From IMG/VR virus record IMGVR_UViG_3300022748_000008: DNA of 42,847 bases; one strand, given 5' to 3'. A program made the position numbers and the translations under genes. Of this stretch, positions 21,445-30,701 are shown piece by piece. The stretch is from a virus. The first letter of the stretch is position 1. Each line of letters opens with the position of its first letter. A model generated the notes under the pieces. The model made no database searches. It worked only from the letters and a program-made list of their open reading frames with translations, and had not been told where the DNA came from.

Positions 21445-22968
21445 ATGCCAGTTGTTCAACAGGGCCAAATCAACACCACGGCCCTCATCGTCCCTGACGT
21501 TTACGTTCAGATCGTCCCGCCGCAAGTCTCGCTGCTCAACGGCGTGCCAACCAACGTGCTCGGCATCGTCGGTACCGCCACATGGGGGCCAGTCAACGCG
21601 CCCACCATCGTTGGCAACATGGCTGACTATGCCCGCCAGTTCGGTGCAATCCAAGCTCGCAAGTACGACGCAGGCACGCAAGTCGCCGCCGCTGTCTTGC
21701 AGGGCGCAAACAACATGCGCGTGGTGCGCGTCACCGATGGCACAGATACCGCCGCATCTGGCACATTGACTGCGGCATCGAGCAGTGATGCATCTGCCAT
21801 CTGCGCCGCAATCAACCAAGGTCAATCCGGCCTGCGCGGTCCATCTAACTTCGTGGTGGCCTCCGCTACTGGTTCAACCGTCACGCTGACCTCGAAATAC
21901 ACCGGCTCGATGGGCAACACCATCGTCGGTGCCATCGGCGCAGGCAGCAAGGCTTCTACCTCTCGCGTCACCGTGGCCTTGCCCGGTCAAGTTCCCGAGG
22001 TATTCGACAACATCGGCGCGGCTGCGGCTACCGTTGCAACGGCAACGCTCACCGGCGGTACTGACGGCACGACCACTATCAGTGGCTCTGTCTTGGTTGG
22101 CGTGGACACTGTGCCCCGCAAAGGCATGTATGCGCTTCGCAATACCGGCGCGTCGGTCGCTTTCCTCGCTGACTGCGACGATTCGACCACTTGGAGCACC
22201 CAAGTTGCATACGGCTTGTCCGAAGGCACCTACATGGTGGGCGTTGGCCCCTCTGGTGATTCCATCGCCAACGCAGTGAGCGTCAAAGCCACCGCAGGTA
22301 TCGACAGCTACGCATTCAAGCTGCTGCACGGCGACTGGGTGTATTTCAACGACACCGTGAACGGCTCGGTGCGCTTGATTTCCCCTCAGGGCTTTGTGGC
22401 TGGCTTGTTGGCGAACCTCTCGCCCGAGCAATCGAGCCTGAACAAGCAATTGCAAGGCATCGTTGGCACGCAGAAGAGCTACCAAAACCTGACCTATTCC
22501 GCTGCTGAATTGCAGACCTTGGGCCAAGCCGGTATCGACCTCATTACCAACCCTGTGCCAGGTGGCGCGTATTTCGGTACCCGCTTCGGTCACAACACCA
22601 GCAGCAATGCAGTGACCAACGGTGACAACTACACGCGCATGACCAACTACATTGCCTACACGCTCAACGCGGGCATGGGCAAGTTTGTGGGCCAGTTGCA
22701 AAGCGCCACCGTGCGCCGCAACGCCGCTGGTACGATCAGCGCATTCCTGCAAGGCATGGCACAGCAAAACATGATTGGCAACGCTCAGGGCACAGTCCCT
22801 TACAGCGTGCAGATCAACGATGCGAACAACCCGCCTAATCGCGTGGCCTTGGGCTACATGCAGGCAGACGTAAAGGTGCAATACCTGTCCGTCATCGAAA
22901 AGTTCTTGATCAACGTGGAAGGCGGTCAGTCTGTTCAGATCGCCCGTCAATCCACTCAACTGGCTTAA
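21445..22968 (+). CDS. Tail sheath protein
   Basis: At 507 aa, it has an N-terminus VPDVYVQIVPP..GVPTNVLGIVGTATWGP and a C-terminus ISPQGFVAGLLANL...GIDLITNP that match the phage sheath family. Confidence 0.85.
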   Translation: MPVVQQGQINTTALIVPDVYVQIVPPQVSLLNGVPTNVLGIVGTATWGPVNAPTIVGNMADYARQFGAIQARKYDAGTQVAAAVLQGANNMRVVRVTDGTDTAASGTLTAASSSDASAICAAINQGQSGLRGPSNFVVASATGSTVTLTSKYTGSMGNTIVGAIGAGSKASTSRVTVALPGQVPEVFDNIGAAAATVATATLTGGTDGTTTISGSVLVGVDTVPRKGMYALRNTGASVAFLADCDDSTTWSTQVAYGLSEGTYMVGVGPSGDSIANAVSVKATAGIDSYAFKLLHGDWVYFNDTVNGSVRLISPQGFVAGLLANLSPEQSSLNKQLQGIVGTQKSYQNLTYSAAELQTLGQAGIDLITNPVPGGAYFGTRFGHNTSSNAVTNGDNYTRMTNYIAYTLNAGMGKFVGQLQSATVRRNAAGTISAFLQGMAQQNMIGNAQGTVPYSVQINDANNPPNRVALGYMQADVKVQYLSVIEKFLINVEGGQSVQIARQSTQLA

Positions 22969-22978
22969 GGAGTAGACC

Positions 22979-23410
22979 ATGCCATTGAACGGCTTTACCG
23001 TAGGGCGCGACATTGCTCTCACGTTCGTCGGCCCTAACGGGCCTTTGCAATTCAACCTGATCACCGATTTCCGTTCCAAGCCTGAAATCACCGATCAGAA
23101 AATCAAGGGTCTGGACGGCATCACACGCCACGTCCGTTTCCCTGATGGCTGGTCTGGTTCGTTGTCGATTGAGCGCCAAGACAGCACGATTGACGACTAC
23201 TTTGCTCAACTTGAAGCCAACTACTACGCTGGCCTCAACGAGCAAAGCATGACCATCACCGAAACCATCACCGAGGTGAACGGTTCGGTGTCGCAGTACC
23301 AGTACACTGGCGTTTTGCTCAAGCTCGATGACGCTGGTGACTATTCCGGCGACAAGACTGTTAAGCAGTCCGTGAGCTTCGTGGCTCAACGCCGATTCAA
23401 AGTTTCCTAA
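22979..23410 (+). CDS. Tail tube protein
   Basis: A 143-aa ORF lies directly after the sheath gene. Confidence 0.7.
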   Translation: MPLNGFTVGRDIALTFVGPNGPLQFNLITDFRSKPEITDQKIKGLDGITRHVRFPDGWSGSLSIERQDSTIDDYFAQLEANYYAGLNEQSMTITETITEVNGSVSQYQYTGVLLKLDDAGDYSGDKTVKQSVSFVAQRRFKVS

Positions 23411-23456
23411 ACCCGGCGCGGCTTGAGGCCGCGCTTCTAATCGAAAGACGATCCTG

Positions 23457-23819
23457 ATGAAAGTCGAAGTCAAGACCCCAAGCGAAGAAGTGGTGCAAAA
23501 GGCTGTTGCCGATGTGACCATTACCGACCCACGCGGACGCGCTATCACGCTCAAGAAACCGGGCGTGCTGGCGCAGTTCCGTTTGATCGAAGCCTTGGGC
23601 GACACCGCTAAGAATGAGGTCTACATGGGCATGGTTTTGCCCCTGATCTTCATTTCTGCAATCGATGGCGAGGCCATTTTCACCCCGACACGCAAGAGCG
23701 AAATCGAGGCGTTGATTCAACGCTTGGACGAAGACGGCGTGACGGCGGTGGTGACTGGCGTGCAAGAGCACTTTGGCAAGACCAGCCCAGACGCTGACAA
23801 GGCCGCAATAAAAAACTAG
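23457..23819 (+). CDS. Tail assembly chaperone (short, gpG/gpE-like form)
   Basis: It sits between the tube and tape-measure genes and ends at a slippery heptamer. Confidence 0.7.
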   Translation: MKVEVKTPSEEVVQKAVADVTITDPRGRAITLKKPGVLAQFRLIEALGDTAKNEVYMGMVLPLIFISAIDGEAIFTPTRKSEIEALIQRLDEDGVTAVVTGVQEHFGKTSPDADKAAIKN

Positions 23820-23989
23820 CCACGGCTGCGCCGATACGTGAATGCCTGTGGCTTGTCCGCAATGGCGTTCCGTTTGACGTGGCCTTTCAGTTGGATGACA
23901 CCACCCGCACGGCCTTCTCGATTGTGTTCTCCGAAATTGAGGGCAACAAGTTCGATTGGGCCGCGATGCGCTTCAAAGACGACACATGA
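23457..23989 (+). CDS. Tail assembly chaperone, -1 frameshift fusion form (about 177 aa)
   Basis: The slippery A AAA AAC heptamer is at 23810-23816, immediately before the TAG stop. The -1 frame stays open for 57 codons (LATAAPIRECLWLVRNGVPFDVAFQLDD...FDWAAMRFKDDT) and ends in an ATGA overlap with the next gene. Confidence 0.7.
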
Positions 23990-24471
23990 ACTTCGACAGC
24001 CCGCTTGCCTTTGCCGCGCATTTGGTGGCGCTTCAAAGCGCCATCGAACGAGCAGAGCACGCAGGGTTGGAGAAGGTTGCCAAGCTCATCGAGCACGACG
24101 CCAAGGAGCAGATCGGCGCGTATCAGGACGCCGTGGGGCCATTCCCCGCATGGGCTGAACTTGCCGATTCAACCAAGGCAGATCGCTCTAAGCACGGCTT
24201 CTCTGAAAACGAGCCGTTATTGCGCACAGGTGAGTTGCGAAACTCGATTGAGCATGAAGTGTCGGGGTCTGAGGCAGTAATCGGCTCCAAGTCCGACATT
24301 GCCGCTTATCAAGAGTTTGGTACTGACCGCATCCCGCCACGCCCGTTCGTCGGGCCAGCGGCGTTCAAGAACAAAGACAAGATCGAGCAAATATTGGGTG
24401 CAGCCTTGGTGCAGGGTTTGACCGGTGGCAATGCGCTTGATGCCTTGGGCTACGACTTAACCACCGAGTAA
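23986..24471 (+). CDS. HK97 gp10-family protein (tail completion/morphogenesis)
   Basis: RTGELRNSIEHEV....AVIGSKSDIAAYQEFGTDRIPPRPFVGPA matches the gp10-family signature. Confidence 0.7.
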   Translation: MNFDSPLAFAAHLVALQSAIERAEHAGLEKVAKLIEHDAKEQIGAYQDAVGPFPAWAELADSTKADRSKHGFSENEPLLRTGELRNSIEHEVSGSEAVIGSKSDIAAYQEFGTDRIPPRPFVGPAAFKNKDKIEQILGAALVQGLTGGNALDALGYDLTTE

Positions 24472-24677
24472 GCCAACAGCCCGAGAAAGAACAGCGCGAC
24501 CGCGCACACAGCCAACATGCACATCGCATAGAGCACCAAGCCAATGCGAATGCTGGCGGGCATCCGATGCCGGAAAAGCTCAGGCGTCGGGCCGTTAAGA
24601 TTCGGGTATTGCACCCAAAAGAAACGGTCTGCGAGCCATTCGTGCACGCGGATTTTCAATTTATAGAGGTTTGTCAT
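24450..24677 (-). CDS. Antisense small membrane protein (75 aa) inside the tail operon
   Basis: MTNLYKLKIRVHEWLADRFFWVQYPNLNGPTPELFRHRMPASIRIGLVLYAMCMLAVCAVALFFLGLLAYSVVKS has one long TM segment. It exactly fills the 208-nt plus-strand gap before the tape-measure gene. The SD is weak. Confidence 0.4.
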   Translation of the reverse strand: MTNLYKLKIRVHEWLADRFFWVQYPNLNGPTPELFRHRMPASIRIGLVLYAMCMLAVCAVALFFLGLLAYSVVKS

Positions 24678-24679
24678 CA

Positions 24680-26512
24680 ATGTTTGAAGCCTACAAGGTC
24701 GCCGTCAAATTATCGCTGGTCAGCAACGTCGCCAGCGGTTTGGCTGCTTTGGCAGGCCAGTTTCGCACGCTCAACGAGCACGTCAATACTACCCAAAAGA
24801 GCGTCAACGCATTAGAAACCAAGCTGCTCGAAATCAAGCGGCTCGGTATGGTGGGCGGTGCCATGGCTGCGGCTGGCGGCTTTGGCCTGTCGCTGTTCTC
24901 AGGCCCGTTGGAAGAAGCCAAGCTGTTTCAGTTGGAGGTTTCCAAGTTCCGCGCCCTCGGCATTGGTGAGGCCGTCACGCAAGACGCCGTGAAGTTCGCC
25001 AAGGGCATGGACACCTACGGCACCAGCGTGCGCGAAAACTTGGGCCTGTTGCGCGATGCACAGACCGTGTTGGGCGACTATGAGCACGCCAAGGGCGTGG
25101 CCCCGCTGCTCGCACAGATGAAATTTGCCAACACCGCCATGTATGGCGGCGAGGGCGCTGACACCCGCGAGCGTGCCTTTATGGACATGCTCAAGGTCAT
25201 CGAGTTGCGCCGTGGTTTGGTGTCGGAAGACGCCTTTCGTAAGCAAGCCAACATGGTGCAGCAGGTCTTGACCGCAACTGGTGGTCGCGTGGGTGCCAAT
25301 GAGTACCTGCAGATGATCAAGACCGGTGGCGTTGCTGCCAAGGGCATCAGCGACGAGGTTTTCTACTACAAGCTTGAGCCGCTGATTCAGGAAATGGGCG
25401 GCAGTCGCGTCGGTACCGGCCTCATGTCGGCCTACCAAAACCTGATGCTCGGTCGCACCACGGTTCAGGTCGCCAAAGAGTTGCAATCGCTCGGCCTGCT
25501 CGATGAGAAACACGTCGAATACAACAAGATCGGCATGATCAAGCGCGTGCTGCCCGGTGGTTTGCAGGGCGGCGATGTGATGGCCCGCGACCCGGTGGCC
25601 TTCTTGGAAACCGTGTTGCTGCCTGCCTTTGCCAAGAAGGGCATCACGGGCGAGAAGGATGTGCTGCAAGAGTTGGGGTTGATTTTCTCCAACCGCACGG
25701 CCTCTAGCTTGTTTTCGACCATCTTCTTGCAGATGGCGAACATCAAGAAAAACGAAGCGCTCAACCGTGGCGCGATGAACATCGATCAATTAACCGGCGA
25801 AGCCAAAAACACGGCGTTGGGCAAAGAACTGGAATTGCAGAAGAAGTGGAAGGACGTGCTCAACGAACTTGGCACCAGCGTTCTGCCGATTGCAATCAAG
25901 GCTGTTGAGGGCCTGACTGTCGTGGTCAAGGGCGTGATTGCCTTCGCAAAAGAATTCCCGCTGCTGACCAAGGGTCTGACCATTGCCTTTGGCGTGCTGG
26001 CTGGCCTTGTGGCTGCAGGTGGCACGATCATGCTCGCCACCTCCGCATTCAAGGCGCTTGGCCTTGCCTTGTCGCTCGGCGGCGCGGCTGGTGGCATCGG
26101 CGGTGTGCTCGGCACCGTAGCCAAAGGGTTCGGCCTGATCTTCAAGGCTGCAGGCCCGTTGCTGGCGCTGGTGGCGGCTTATGAAGGCGGTCAGTACGTT
26201 GGCAAAAAGATCAGCGAAAACTTGTCCGACAACACCCGCATGAGTCTCGGGCGTGGCATCGCCAAGACGCTCGCCTTCTTCGGCAACGAAGACGCCAAGG
26301 AAGCGCTCGCCCTTGAGGACAAATACATTCGCAGCAAGCAACAAGCTGGCGCGGGTGGCCCCGGCAACGTCTACATGGATGGTCGCAAGGTCGGTGAAAT
26401 CGTGACGCAGCATCAAAGCAAAGAGGCCTCGATGCCAATGCGCGGAACCACTCGCGTTGATGGCTTTATGAACCTCTTGCCACCCGGTGCCATGTTGCCG
26501 ATTGGAAACTAA
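24680..26512 (+). CDS. Tail tape measure protein
   Basis: It is 610 aa, helical and Gly/Ala-rich, with hydrophobic segments near the C-terminus, and follows the chaperone genes. The start was moved to ATG at 24680. Confidence 0.8.
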   Translation: MFEAYKVAVKLSLVSNVASGLAALAGQFRTLNEHVNTTQKSVNALETKLLEIKRLGMVGGAMAAAGGFGLSLFSGPLEEAKLFQLEVSKFRALGIGEAVTQDAVKFAKGMDTYGTSVRENLGLLRDAQTVLGDYEHAKGVAPLLAQMKFANTAMYGGEGADTRERAFMDMLKVIELRRGLVSEDAFRKQANMVQQVLTATGGRVGANEYLQMIKTGGVAAKGISDEVFYYKLEPLIQEMGGSRVGTGLMSAYQNLMLGRTTVQVAKELQSLGLLDEKHVEYNKIGMIKRVLPGGLQGGDVMARDPVAFLETVLLPAFAKKGITGEKDVLQELGLIFSNRTASSLFSTIFLQMANIKKNEALNRGAMNIDQLTGEAKNTALGKELELQKKWKDVLNELGTSVLPIAIKAVEGLTVVVKGVIAFAKEFPLLTKGLTIAFGVLAGLVAAGGTIMLATSAFKALGLALSLGGAAGGIGGVLGTVAKGFGLIFKAAGPLLALVAAYEGGQYVGKKISENLSDNTRMSLGRGIAKTLAFFGNEDAKEALALEDKYIRSKQQAGAGGPGNVYMDGRKVGEIVTQHQSKEASMPMRGTTRVDGFMNLLPPGAMLPIGN

Positions 26513-27472
26513 ATGAAACCAGACACCATCCTGACGCTTGGCGATTTCGCTTTCAGCCGCTTTGAGATTCCCGAAAAGATCACCTTCGGCGGCACGCAGC
26601 ACCTCGCCAAGCATGAAATGGTCGGCGGCGTGCGTGTCATTGACGCCATGGGGCGCTCAGACATGCCGCTGTCGTGGTCTGGGCTGTTTCAGGGTGAATC
26701 GGCGCTCTCCCGCGCCCGCTATCTCGACACGCTGCGCGTCAATGGCGCGGCCTTGCAGCTTGCGTGGAGCGAGTTGCGCTACTTGGTGGTCATTTCGGAC
26801 TTTCAGGCCGATTTCCACCGCTTCTATCAGATTCCCTACCGCATCACCTGCGAGGTGGTGCAAGACCTGACGATTCCAATGAACGTCATTGCCAACCCCG
26901 GCATTGACGAGTTGATCGACTCTGACATGACGACCGCCAACGGCCTCGGCACGGATATCGGCGATTCGACCCTGTCCAGCACGCTTGCCACGCTGGATTC
27001 GGCGATCAAGGGTGTGTCGAGCTTCGCCAAGGCGACCACGGCAACGATCAGCAGCGTGATGACGCCGCTTGCAGCTGTGCAATCCCGCGTGAAGGTGCTG
27101 ATTGCATCGACTGGCAACGTCATCGCCAACGTGGGGACACTGGGCGGCATCGCGCCGAATACGCCGATCGCTCAACAAGCCTCCAAGCTGTCGAGCCAAG
27201 TTGCGGCAATGACGCAAAGCCCCAAGCTCTACAACCTGCAAGGGGTGTTGGGCCGCATGAGCACCAACCTCGGCACGATTGGCGGCGGTACCAAGACCGT
27301 CACCACAGCCGGTGGAAGCCTCTACAAGATTTCGCAGCAGCAATACGGCGATGCCACGCAATGGCCCACGTTGGCGAAGGCGAACAAACTCAGCGACCCG
27401 CAAATCAGCGGCATTGCCACCATTACCGTTCCGTCCGTGCCTGACAATTCGGGCGGCGTTTTGATTCCATGA
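26513..27472 (+). CDS. Tail protein, Mu gp43 (DNA circulation)-like N-terminus with C-terminal LysM
   Basis: It lies directly after the tape-measure gene. The C-terminus SLYKISQQQYGDATQWPTLAKANKLSDPQISGIATITVP is LysM-like. Confidence 0.55.
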   Translation: MKPDTILTLGDFAFSRFEIPEKITFGGTQHLAKHEMVGGVRVIDAMGRSDMPLSWSGLFQGESALSRARYLDTLRVNGAALQLAWSELRYLVVISDFQADFHRFYQIPYRITCEVVQDLTIPMNVIANPGIDELIDSDMTTANGLGTDIGDSTLSSTLATLDSAIKGVSSFAKATTATISSVMTPLAAVQSRVKVLIASTGNVIANVGTLGGIAPNTPIAQQASKLSSQVAAMTQSPKLYNLQGVLGRMSTNLGTIGGGTKTVTTAGGSLYKISQQQYGDATQWPTLAKANKLSDPQISGIATITVPSVPDNSGGVLIP

Positions 27473-28581
27473 TCAACCAACCGATTCAACCCCAAGCACG
27501 CCAGCCGCGTGGCGTCGTTAAGATCAACGGCGTGCGCACGCAGTGGGTGTCTTGGGAACTGGACAACAACGCCTTCTATCAGGCCGACACGTTTCGCGTG
27601 AAGCTGGCGCTCTCGGCGCAGCCTGACCCGACCATCTTTGCATCGGCCTCTGAGCTTGACGTTGAGATTTTTGCCGGGTTTCCTGCTGACCCCGCGAACT
27701 ACACCGAAGCCGAACTGAAAAGCCTGATTTACGGCTTGGTCGATGATGTGACCTATGACCCCGTGCAGGCGGTCGTTGAACTGTCTGGGCGCGATTTCAC
27801 GAGCGTTTTGGTGGACACCAAGACCACGGAGAAGTGGCCCAACCTGACTGCCTCACAGATTGCCGAGCAAATCGCTAAGGCGCACGACTTGACGCCTGTG
27901 GTGACGGCAACCACCGCCAAGGTGGGCACATATTACGAGATTGACCATGCCCGCCTGAGCACACAGCGCAGCGAGTGGGATGTTCTGACCTACCTTGCCA
28001 ACGAAGAAGGCTACATGGTCTACGTGCGGGGCCGCGAGTTGCACTTTGAGCCGCGCCCGTCACCAGATGCCGAGCCGTATGTGCTGACATGGCAAGCGCC
28101 GACGACTGAGCGCGGTCATGCGATCTTCGACGGCAAGAGCGTGATGTTCAGCCGAAATTTGACGCTTGCCAAAGACGTGACGGTATACGTGCGAAGCTGG
28201 AACGCCAAGAACAATCAGGGCTTCACGCAAAAGGCCAAGAGCGCACGCACCAAGAACACGGTGCTGAAAAAAGCCGCGCAGCCCATCGGTGAACCACAGG
28301 TCTACACCTTCAACATCCCCGGCTTGACGCCGGAGCAGGCGTTGCAGCGTGCGCAGTCGTTGTTGCGCGAAATCACCGCGCACGAGGTCAAGATGACCGC
28401 CCATCTGCCCGCCGACAATGTTTTGGACATTACCAAAATGATTCAGGTGGTGGGCACCGGTACCGCGTTTGACCAGATGTATTATCCCGACAGCATCATT
28501 CGACAAATGAGCCTTTCGGATGGCTACCAAATGACCATCCACGGCAAGAACCACTCACCAGAAAGCGTTGTGCAGGCCTGA
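27469..28581 (+). CDS. Baseplate hub protein (P2 gpD / Mu gp44-like)
   Basis: Size and order fit. A segment such as VELSGRDFTSVL...WDVLTYLANEEGYMVYVRGRELHFEP is typical of the late control D family. Confidence 0.65.
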   Translation: MINQPIQPQARQPRGVVKINGVRTQWVSWELDNNAFYQADTFRVKLALSAQPDPTIFASASELDVEIFAGFPADPANYTEAELKSLIYGLVDDVTYDPVQAVVELSGRDFTSVLVDTKTTEKWPNLTASQIAEQIAKAHDLTPVVTATTAKVGTYYEIDHARLSTQRSEWDVLTYLANEEGYMVYVRGRELHFEPRPSPDAEPYVLTWQAPTTERGHAIFDGKSVMFSRNLTLAKDVTVYVRSWNAKNNQGFTQKAKSARTKNTVLKKAAQPIGEPQVYTFNIPGLTPEQALQRAQSLLREITAHEVKMTAHLPADNVLDITKMIQVVGTGTAFDQMYYPDSIIRQMSLSDGYQMTIHGKNHSPESVVQA

Positions 28582-28582
28582 C

Positions 28583-29203
28583 ATGCAAAAAATGCTGAAC
28601 ATCATGCGTATGCAGGCTGAAATGGCGGGTGGCAACCGTGCCAGCACGCGCATTGCCACGGTCAGCAGCTACGACCCTGACAACTACTGCGCCAAGGTCA
28701 TCATTCAGCCTGACAACGTTGAAACCGGCTGGTTGCCTGTCACATCGCCTTGGATTGGCAACGGGTGGGGCTTGTTCGCACCGCCTGCCGTGGGCGACAT
28801 GGTGGAGGTGCAGTTTCAAGAGGGCAGCATCGAGGCCGGTTTCATCGTGGGCCGGTTCTACAACGACAAGCAGCGGCCTTTGGCTACGCCCGGTGGTGAA
28901 TTTTGGCTGGTGCACAAGTCCGGTTCGCTGCTCAAGTTCCACAACGATGGCACGGTTGAATTGACCGCCCATGCAGCCATGACCTACACCGCCACGCAGC
29001 ACAACTTTGTTGGCCCCGTGAGTATGAATAGCACGCTTCAAACGAGTGGGAAGATCACTGGCGGCGCTGACATTCAGGCCGCAGGCAACGTGTCAGACCA
29101 AGGCGGGACCAAGACAATGTCTAGTATGCGCGGCACCTTCAACAGTCACACGCACCCAGACCCACAAGGCGGCAATACCAACGCCCCTAACCAGAGCATG
29201 TGA
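28583..29203 (+). CDS. Baseplate spike / assembly protein V
   Basis: WLPVTSPWIGNGWGLFAPPAVGDMVEVQFQEGSIEAGFIVGRFYN matches the gpV OB-fold signature. Confidence 0.8.
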   Translation: MQKMLNIMRMQAEMAGGNRASTRIATVSSYDPDNYCAKVIIQPDNVETGWLPVTSPWIGNGWGLFAPPAVGDMVEVQFQEGSIEAGFIVGRFYNDKQRPLATPGGEFWLVHKSGSLLKFHNDGTVELTAHAAMTYTATQHNFVGPVSMNSTLQTSGKITGGADIQAAGNVSDQGGTKTMSSMRGTFNSHTHPDPQGGNTNAPNQSM

Positions 29204-29571
29204 CCATGGACGACCTTTTTCACTACTTCGGCTCGGACTTGAGCGTATCGCCAACCGGCGATTTGCAGCCAGTCGATGCCACCACCAAAGGCCAGCAGCG
29301 CATCTTGCGCCGACTGCTCACCAATCCGGGTGACTACGTGTGGAACCCAGAATACGGTGCCGGTGTGCCTCAGTGGATTGGCAAGACCATCGACATTCCC
29401 AAGATCGTTTCGCTCATTCGTGGGCAAATGCTGCTTGAGGATGTGGTGGCGAAAATCCCCGAGCCACAAATCACGGCACAGGAAATTGCAAACGGCCTAA
29501 GCGTGTCGATTCTTTACACCGACGCGCTTTCCAACACCCCGCAAACCCTTCAATTTGATGTGACACCTTAA
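29200..29571 (+). CDS. Baseplate wedge protein (gpW/gp25-like)
   Basis: It lies between the V and J genes. The start is GTG in a GTGA overlap, or ATG at 29206. Confidence 0.55.
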   Translation: MTMDDLFHYFGSDLSVSPTGDLQPVDATTKGQQRILRRLLTNPGDYVWNPEYGAGVPQWIGKTIDIPKIVSLIRGQMLLEDVVAKIPEPQITAQEIANGLSVSILYTDALSNTPQTLQFDVTP

Positions 29572-29573
29572 TC

Positions 29574-30698
29574 ATGGCGATTTCCACCCAAGACTTCACA
29601 ACGCTGGTACGCAACCAAGTAGCTGCCATTCAAGGCGCGGCTTCTCGGCTCGTTGACCTGACGGTCGGCTCTATCCTGCGCTCAGTGGTCGAGGCCAACG
29701 CCTCGGTTGCGCTGTGGCTGCAAGGCCTCATCCTGACGCTGCTGTCAGCGACTCGGGCCTCAACGTCCACCGGCAACGATTTGGACACTTGGATGGCTGA
29801 TTACGGCGTCACGCGCCTGCCTGCGGTAGCGGCAAGCGGCAACGTCACGTTTTCCCGATTCACCACGACCAATCAGGTGGTGGTACCAATCGGCGGGCAG
29901 GTGCAGACCACGGACGGCACGCAGACCTACACGGTGCAGGTGGATACCAGCAATGCGGCGTACAACGCAACATTGGGCGGCTACGTGATTGCCGCAGGGG
30001 TGGGAAGCGTTGCGGTACCGGTGCTTGCGAACGTCGCGGGAGCTGCAGGCAACGCCCAAGCCGGACAAATCAACACCATCACTCAGGCGATGCCAGGTGT
30101 GGACACGGTCATCAACCCATCGACGTTCACCAACGGCTCGGACGCCGAATCGGATGCTTCTTTGCGCTCGCGCTTCGTTCAGTACGTTGCCAGCCTGTCT
30201 AAGGCCACCAAAAACGCCGTGGCCTATGCAATCACATCGCTGCAGATCGGCGTGAGCTACACATTGGTCGAAAATGCGACCTATGCAGGCGCGGCGCAGT
30301 TGGGTTTCTTCTACGTGGTGGTCGATGACGGAAGCGGCACGCCTCCGAGCAGCTTCACCAACGCAGTGACCAATGCCATTGACGCCGTGCGACCCGTCAC
30401 CTCGACATTCAGCGTGTACTCACCCGTCATCGTGACGGCAAACGTGGCGGCAACTGTCACCGTGGCGGCTGGCTACGATGCAACCGCAACCAAGGCGACC
30501 GTGAAGGCCGCAATTCAGGCCTACATCAACGGTCTTGGCTTGGGCAATTCACTGGCCTACACCCGTTTGGCTCAGGTGGCCTATGACGCCTCGCCCGGTG
30601 TCACCAACGTGTCGGGGTTGACCTTGAACAGCGGAACCACAGATGTGACAGCGACCAATAAGCAAGTAATCAAATCGGGCACCGTGACGGTGAGCTAA
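29574..30698 (+). CDS. Baseplate J-family protein
   Basis: VGSILRSVVEANA...ATGNDLDTWMADYGVTRLPA..ASG.VTF...GSDAESDASLRSR matches the Baseplate_J signature. Confidence 0.85.
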   Translation: MAISTQDFTTLVRNQVAAIQGAASRLVDLTVGSILRSVVEANASVALWLQGLILTLLSATRASTSTGNDLDTWMADYGVTRLPAVAASGNVTFSRFTTTNQVVVPIGGQVQTTDGTQTYTVQVDTSNAAYNATLGGYVIAAGVGSVAVPVLANVAGAAGNAQAGQINTITQAMPGVDTVINPSTFTNGSDAESDASLRSRFVQYVASLSKATKNAVAYAITSLQIGVSYTLVENATYAGAAQLGFFYVVVDDGSGTPPSSFTNAVTNAIDAVRPVTSTFSVYSPVIVTANVAATVTVAAGYDATATKATVKAAIQAYINGLGLGNSLAYTRLAQVAYDASPGVTNVSGLTLNSGTTDVTATNKQVIKSGTVTVS

Positions 30699-30701
30699 TC
30701 C

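Noticed and set aside
21287-21769. 160-aa plus-strand ORF overlapping the sheath gene start
   Set aside because: It is an alternative frame across the small 54-aa ORF and the sheath gene, and its product is Pro/Ser/Arg-rich. The sheath frame has clear family motifs.
23838-24158. 106-aa plus-strand ORF after the chaperone gene
   Set aside because: It is in neither the chaperone frame nor the -1 extension frame, and it overlaps the well-supported gp10-family gene. The -1 frame (23816-23989) explains the region better.
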